Shown: one piece after another, positions 60,520 to 64,000 of the stretch | How the letters are laid out: each line of letters begins with the position of its first letter | Position numbering within the stretch: the first letter of the stretch is position 1 | Source: a bacterium | Lineage (GTDB): Bacteria > Zhuqueibacterota > Zhuqueibacteria > Residuimicrobiales > Krinioviventaceae | NCBI GenBank assembly: GCA_963675755.2 | Contig: CAXXMD010000003.1 | Coordinates: 1,216,001-1,280,000 of the forward strand | DNA: 64,000 nt | Direction of reading: 5' to 3' | Notes under the pieces: generated by a model | Seen by the model: the letters and a program-made list of their open reading frames with translations, nothing else | Told to the model about the DNA's origin: nothing | Databases searched by the model: none | Translations under genes and position numbers: made by a program

Positions 60520-61962
60520 ATGAATTATAAAGCCGTATTGCATGTATTGAGCGCATTGCTGGTTTTTGAGGGGCTGTCTCTGCTTCCCCCTTTGGGTTTT
60601 TCCCTGTATTATCACGATCATGATGCCACCGCATTTATAATTTCTATTTTGATCTGTATCGTTGTAGGTGGCGTTTTGTATTTTTTCACCCGTACCCGTG
60701 GCGATTTGAGAATTCGCGAGGGATTTGCCATTGTAGGTTTTGGCTGGACTACCCTTGCTATCTTTGGCGCCATACCTTTTTATCTGTCAGGCGCTATCCC
60801 CTCCTATACCGATGCATTTTTCGAAACCATGTCCGGATTTACCACAACCGGGGCAAGTATTCTTACCGACATTGAATCCATGCCGCATGGTATTTTGTTT
60901 TGGCGCAGTCTTACCCACTGGCTGGGTGGAATGGGTATTATTGTTCTTTCCATCGCAATTCTTCCCATTTTGGGTGTCGGTGGAATGCAGTTGTTCAAAG
61001 CCGAAGTACCGGGCCCAACTCCGGACAAGTTGAGTCCCCGTATCAAAGAAACCGCCAAAATATTGTGGGTGGTTTACCTGCTCTTGTCTGCAATTGAAAC
61101 CGTTTTGCTCATGTTTGGGGGAATGGACCTGTTTGACTCGCTCTGCCACACATTCGGTACCATGGCAACCGGCGGATTTTCAACAAAAAACGCCAGTATA
61201 GGTCATTATAACAGCATTTATATCGAAACCATTATCATCATTTTCATGTTCCTGGCAGGGACCAATTTCAGCCTGCATTACGCAGTACTAAAAGGAAACC
61301 TCAAAGCATACTGGAAAGACCGGGAATTCCTGTTTTACCTGAAATTCACTGTCCTGATTACAATTATTGTAACAATTGTGGTCTATTTTAGCGGTTATTC
61401 CAGTATTGGGCACGCTTTTCGCGGCGCAATATTTCAGGTTGTTTCCATTACCACGACAACCGGTTATGGTACACACGACTTTGAACAGTGGTCCGGTGGC
61501 GGACAATTGATCATGCTCATTCTCATGTTCATGGGAGGATGCGCAGGATCAACGGGCGGTTCTATTAAAATGATCCGTATTATGATTGTTTTAAAACAAG
61601 GTGTGAATGAGATCAAAAAATTGCTGCATCCCAACGCCTTTATGCCGCTTCGATTGGGTGGCAGGGTCATTCAACCCGATGTAGTCACCAATGTTTTGGG
61701 ATTTTTTCTGATCTACATGCTCATCTTTACCACGGGCTCTGTTATTATGGCTCTGCTGGGCCTTGATCTGATAACCGCAACGTCCAGTGTGGCTGCTACC
61801 CTGGGAAATATTGGTCCGGGACTAGGAATGGTCGGTCCGACCGATCATTATGCGTATGTACCTATGTTTGGGAAATGGGTATTATCATTTTTCATGCTTT
61901 TAGGAAGACTGGAATTATATACCATATTAATCCTCATTATACCGGAATTCTGGAAAAAATAA
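60520..61962 (+). CDS. trkH: Trk system potassium uptake protein TrkH
   Basis: FE..SGFTTTG, WLGGMG, TGGFS, TTTGY, GGCAGSTGG.IK, GNIGPG, GRLE. Confidence 0.95.
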   Translation: MNYKAVLHVLSALLVFEGLSLLPPLGFSLYYHDHDATAFIISILICIVVGGVLYFFTRTRGDLRIREGFAIVGFGWTTLAIFGAIPFYLSGAIPSYTDAFFETMSGFTTTGASILTDIESMPHGILFWRSLTHWLGGMGIIVLSIAILPILGVGGMQLFKAEVPGPTPDKLSPRIKETAKILWVVYLLLSAIETVLLMFGGMDLFDSLCHTFGTMATGGFSTKNASIGHYNSIYIETIIIIFMFLAGTNFSLHYAVLKGNLKAYWKDREFLFYLKFTVLITIIVTIVVYFSGYSSIGHAFRGAIFQVVSITTTTGYGTHDFEQWSGGGQLIMLILMFMGGCAGSTGGSIKMIRIMIVLKQGVNEIKKLLHPNAFMPLRLGGRVIQPDVVTNVLGFFLIYMLIFTTGSVIMALLGLDLITATSSVAATLGNIGPGLGMVGPTDHYAYVPMFGKWVLSFFMLLGRLELYTILILIIPEFWKK

Positions 61963-62012
61963 TGGAACTTTACGCAATTAGCGTATTTAACATTATATAA
62001 TAACAAGAGTAC

Positions 62013-62041
62013 TTGACTTTGTCAATAAAAAATAATAAATT
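62013..62041 (+). promoter_or_regulatory. Sigma70-like promoter with a palindrome over the -35 element
   Basis: TTGACT-N17-TAAATT; TTGAC-TTT-GTCAA palindrome at 62013-62025. Confidence 0.45.
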
Positions 62042-62215
62042 AGATGATGTCTGTATCTCTGCATCGTTATGTGTCAATAATTTTGGCTCATTGCGAAAAT
62101 TTCTATCAATCTATTGAATTTTTAGAAATAAATATTTGTTAAAACCAATGACCGACCGGATTCGTTTAGAACCAGGCCAGAGTTGTTTATTATGAACCTC
62201 TAAAGGAAAAGATCG

Positions 62216-63103
62216 TTGGAAGAAGAAATCACCAAAAAAGCGGTAAAAAACAAAAAAGTTAAAGAAAAAGAAGTTCGTACCAAAGAATCTATTGAAAAGT
62301 ACCTTGAAGAAATTGGTAACTTTTCACCTCTTCCTCCGGAACAGGAAATTTCCCTGGCAGGTAGAATTCGTCAGGGAGATGAATCCGCACTTGAAGAATT
62401 GGTTAAAGCCAATCTTCGTTTCGTCATAAGCGTTGCCAAGGAATACCAGGGACAGGGCCTGCCGTTACAGGATCTGATCAGCGAAGGTAACCTTGGATTG
62501 ATCAAAGCAGCTCAAAGATTTGATGAAACCCGTGGATTCAAATTCATCTCATATGCTGTATGGTGGATTCGTCAGTCCATTCTTCAGGCGTTGGCCGAAC
62601 AATCACGCGTTGTGCGTTTGCCCCTCAATAGAGTAGGTGCAATAAATAAAGTCGGCAGGGCTCTGGAAGATTTGGAGAAAAAATTCGGACGCGAACCCAG
62701 CATGGATGAAATTGCAGGTAGAATGGAAATGTCTTCCCTGGAAGTTGCAGATGTTTTAAAAACATCCGCCCGTCACCTCTCTCTTGACGAACCTTTCAAA
62801 GAAGACGAAGGTAACAGTTTGCTCGATGTATTGGAAAGTGATAGATATGAACCCCCGGATGGCAAGCTGATGCGCGCGTCTCTTCGCGAAGAAATTGAAA
62901 AAGTATTGTCTACATTAAAATCCAGAGAAGCTGAAATCGTTAAACTCTATTTCGGTTTGGACGGAGACAGACCCCTTACGCTTGAAGAGATTGGCGAATA
63001 TTTTGAATTGACACGTGAACGTGTCCGCCAGATCAAAGAAAAAGCATTACGACGCCTGCGTCATCGCTCGCGGCTTGATCCGCTGAGAAAATATTTAGGT
63101 TAA
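62216..63103 (+). CDS. RpoD/SigA-family sigma-70 factor (short, no region 1.1)
   Basis: YL.EIG, ANLRFVISVAK.Y, DLISEGN.GL, FISYAVWWIRQSI, TLEEIG..F.LTRERVRQI. Confidence 0.93.
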   Translation: MEEEITKKAVKNKKVKEKEVRTKESIEKYLEEIGNFSPLPPEQEISLAGRIRQGDESALEELVKANLRFVISVAKEYQGQGLPLQDLISEGNLGLIKAAQRFDETRGFKFISYAVWWIRQSILQALAEQSRVVRLPLNRVGAINKVGRALEDLEKKFGREPSMDEIAGRMEMSSLEVADVLKTSARHLSLDEPFKEDEGNSLLDVLESDRYEPPDGKLMRASLREEIEKVLSTLKSREAEIVKLYFGLDGDRPLTLEEIGEYFELTRERVRQIKEKALRRLRHRSRLDPLRKYLG

Positions 63104-63106
63104 TTT

Positions 63107-63134
63107 AAAGCCCTTCAATTGAAGGGCTTTTTTT
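63107..63134 (+). terminator. Intrinsic terminator
   Basis: AAAGCCCTTCAATTGAAGGGCTTT followed by T-run. Confidence 0.75.
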
Positions 63135-63298
63135 ATTTCTATTCAGTTTAGATTGATATGATTCCAGTGTAATAATATCAAATTTTCCCGGTTCCTTAAA
63201 TTTGCCGGGCAAATACATGCAGCAAAACCCCTTATAAAAAAAGGGTGAACACTTTTCATGCGCACCCTAATTTTTTGTCAAAACATTACCAAAATTAC

Positions 63299-64000
63299 TT
63301 ATTTTTTCCGAATCGACTTTTTATAATCCTTGACCATTTTACCGAACGACTTGTCCCGCTTTCGTTTTTCAAGATAAGTCATGTTATAAAATGCAGATTC
63401 TTTTCGGATCTTGAGATAGTTATTATACCTCCCCTGATCAATAAAGCCCTGTTCAACGGCTTCTTTTACGGCACATCCATCTTCATGCACGTGGGTGCAG
63501 TCTTTAAAGCGGCATCCACTTGCAAAAGCAACCAATTCATCAAATGTTTCTTCCAGGCCGGTATCAACAGCAAAATTTTCGAGTTCTCGCATTCCGGGAG
63601 TATCAATAAATAAACTTCCGGATTCCAGACGGACTAGCTCTCTCCTTACGGTTGTATGCCTGCCTTTGCTGTCTTTTTCTCTGATCTCACTTACTCTGAA
63701 CTGCTGTCCACCCAACAGTTTGTTGAGCAATGTGGTCTTGCCAACACCGGACGAACCTAAAAGACAATAGGTTTTGCCGGATTGAAGCACTTTCCGTAAT
63801 GTTTCAATGCCATCATCGCTTACATTACTGATAGGCAAAAACAGGTATTTATCACTAAAACGTTGAATCTTTTCTTTAATTTCAGCCAGCTCATCCTCGG
63901 AAATTAAATCAATTTTGCTTAGAATAATGATTGGCTGTATTTTGCTTTCACTGGCCATAACAAAATACCTTTCCAATCGATTCAAATTGAAATTCAAATC
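63299..64000 (-). CDS. rsgA: Ribosome small subunit-dependent GTPase A (5' end outside the window)
   Basis: RLERY, SKIDL, GSSGVGKTTL, GRHTT, DTPGMRE, C.F.DC.H..E.GC. Confidence 0.93.
   Translation of the reverse strand, partial: DLNFNLNRLERYFVMASESKIQPIIILSKIDLISEDELAEIKEKIQRFSDKYLFLPISNVSDDGIETLRKVLQSGKTYCLLGSSGVGKTTLLNKLLGGQQFRVSEIREKDSKGRHTTVRRELVRLESGSLFIDTPGMRELENFAVDTGLEETFDELVAFASGCRFKDCTHVHEDGCAVKEAVEQGFIDQGRYNNYLKIRKESAFYNMTYLEKRKRDKSFGKMVKDYKKSIRKK

Noticed and set aside
1344-63770. Numerous 60-200 aa ORFs overlapping larger genes (e.g. 31092..31700, 59076..59678, 63245..63613)
   Set aside because: Antisense or out-of-frame shadows with no recognisable motifs or RBS
1-64000. tRNA, rRNA, IS elements, prophage
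   Set aside because: None recognised; intergenic gaps are short and no transposase, integrase or phage motifs were seen

Overview
A 64-kb, gene-dense bacterial chromosome segment with moderate to low GC. The gene content suggests a diderm of the FCB-related group, e.g. KSB1, Calditrichota or Ignavibacteria-like. That placement is inferred from the YPNPFN-type C-terminal sorting domains, tandem PorV-like genes, the ExbB-ExbD-ExbD-TonB layout and a short RpoD-type sigma factor. About 45 CDSs were identified; no rRNA, tRNA, CRISPR array or transposase was seen. Housekeeping genes include rocD, trpS, dsbD, an amidase, an S41 protease, GH57, ltaE, trkAH, a sigma-70 factor and a partial rsgA. Main observations: (1) A six-gene operon at 3752-13720 encodes two secreted CotH-family kinases (one appears to lack the catalytic Asp), a beta-helix lipoprotein, an orphan HlyD-type adaptor, a VTC polyphosphate-polymerase domain protein and a DUF4956 membrane protein. 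It lies behind a sigma54-like promoter and is a candidate system for polyphosphate export and extracellular phosphorylation. (2) A lipoprotein consists of a circularly permuted FlgD/T9SS-type sorting domain. (3) A PdxJ homolog has lost essentially all catalytic residues. (4) An EndoQ-UvrD fusion ends in a clamp-binding-like motif. (5) The exbD-exbD-tonB module is tandemly duplicated. (6) A PorV-PorV-propeller-lipoprotein operon and five CTD-bearing proteins suggest a T9SS-like route. (7) An AT-rich RloA/RloB (AbiL-like) defence pair is present. All family assignments come from motif recognition, not database searches.
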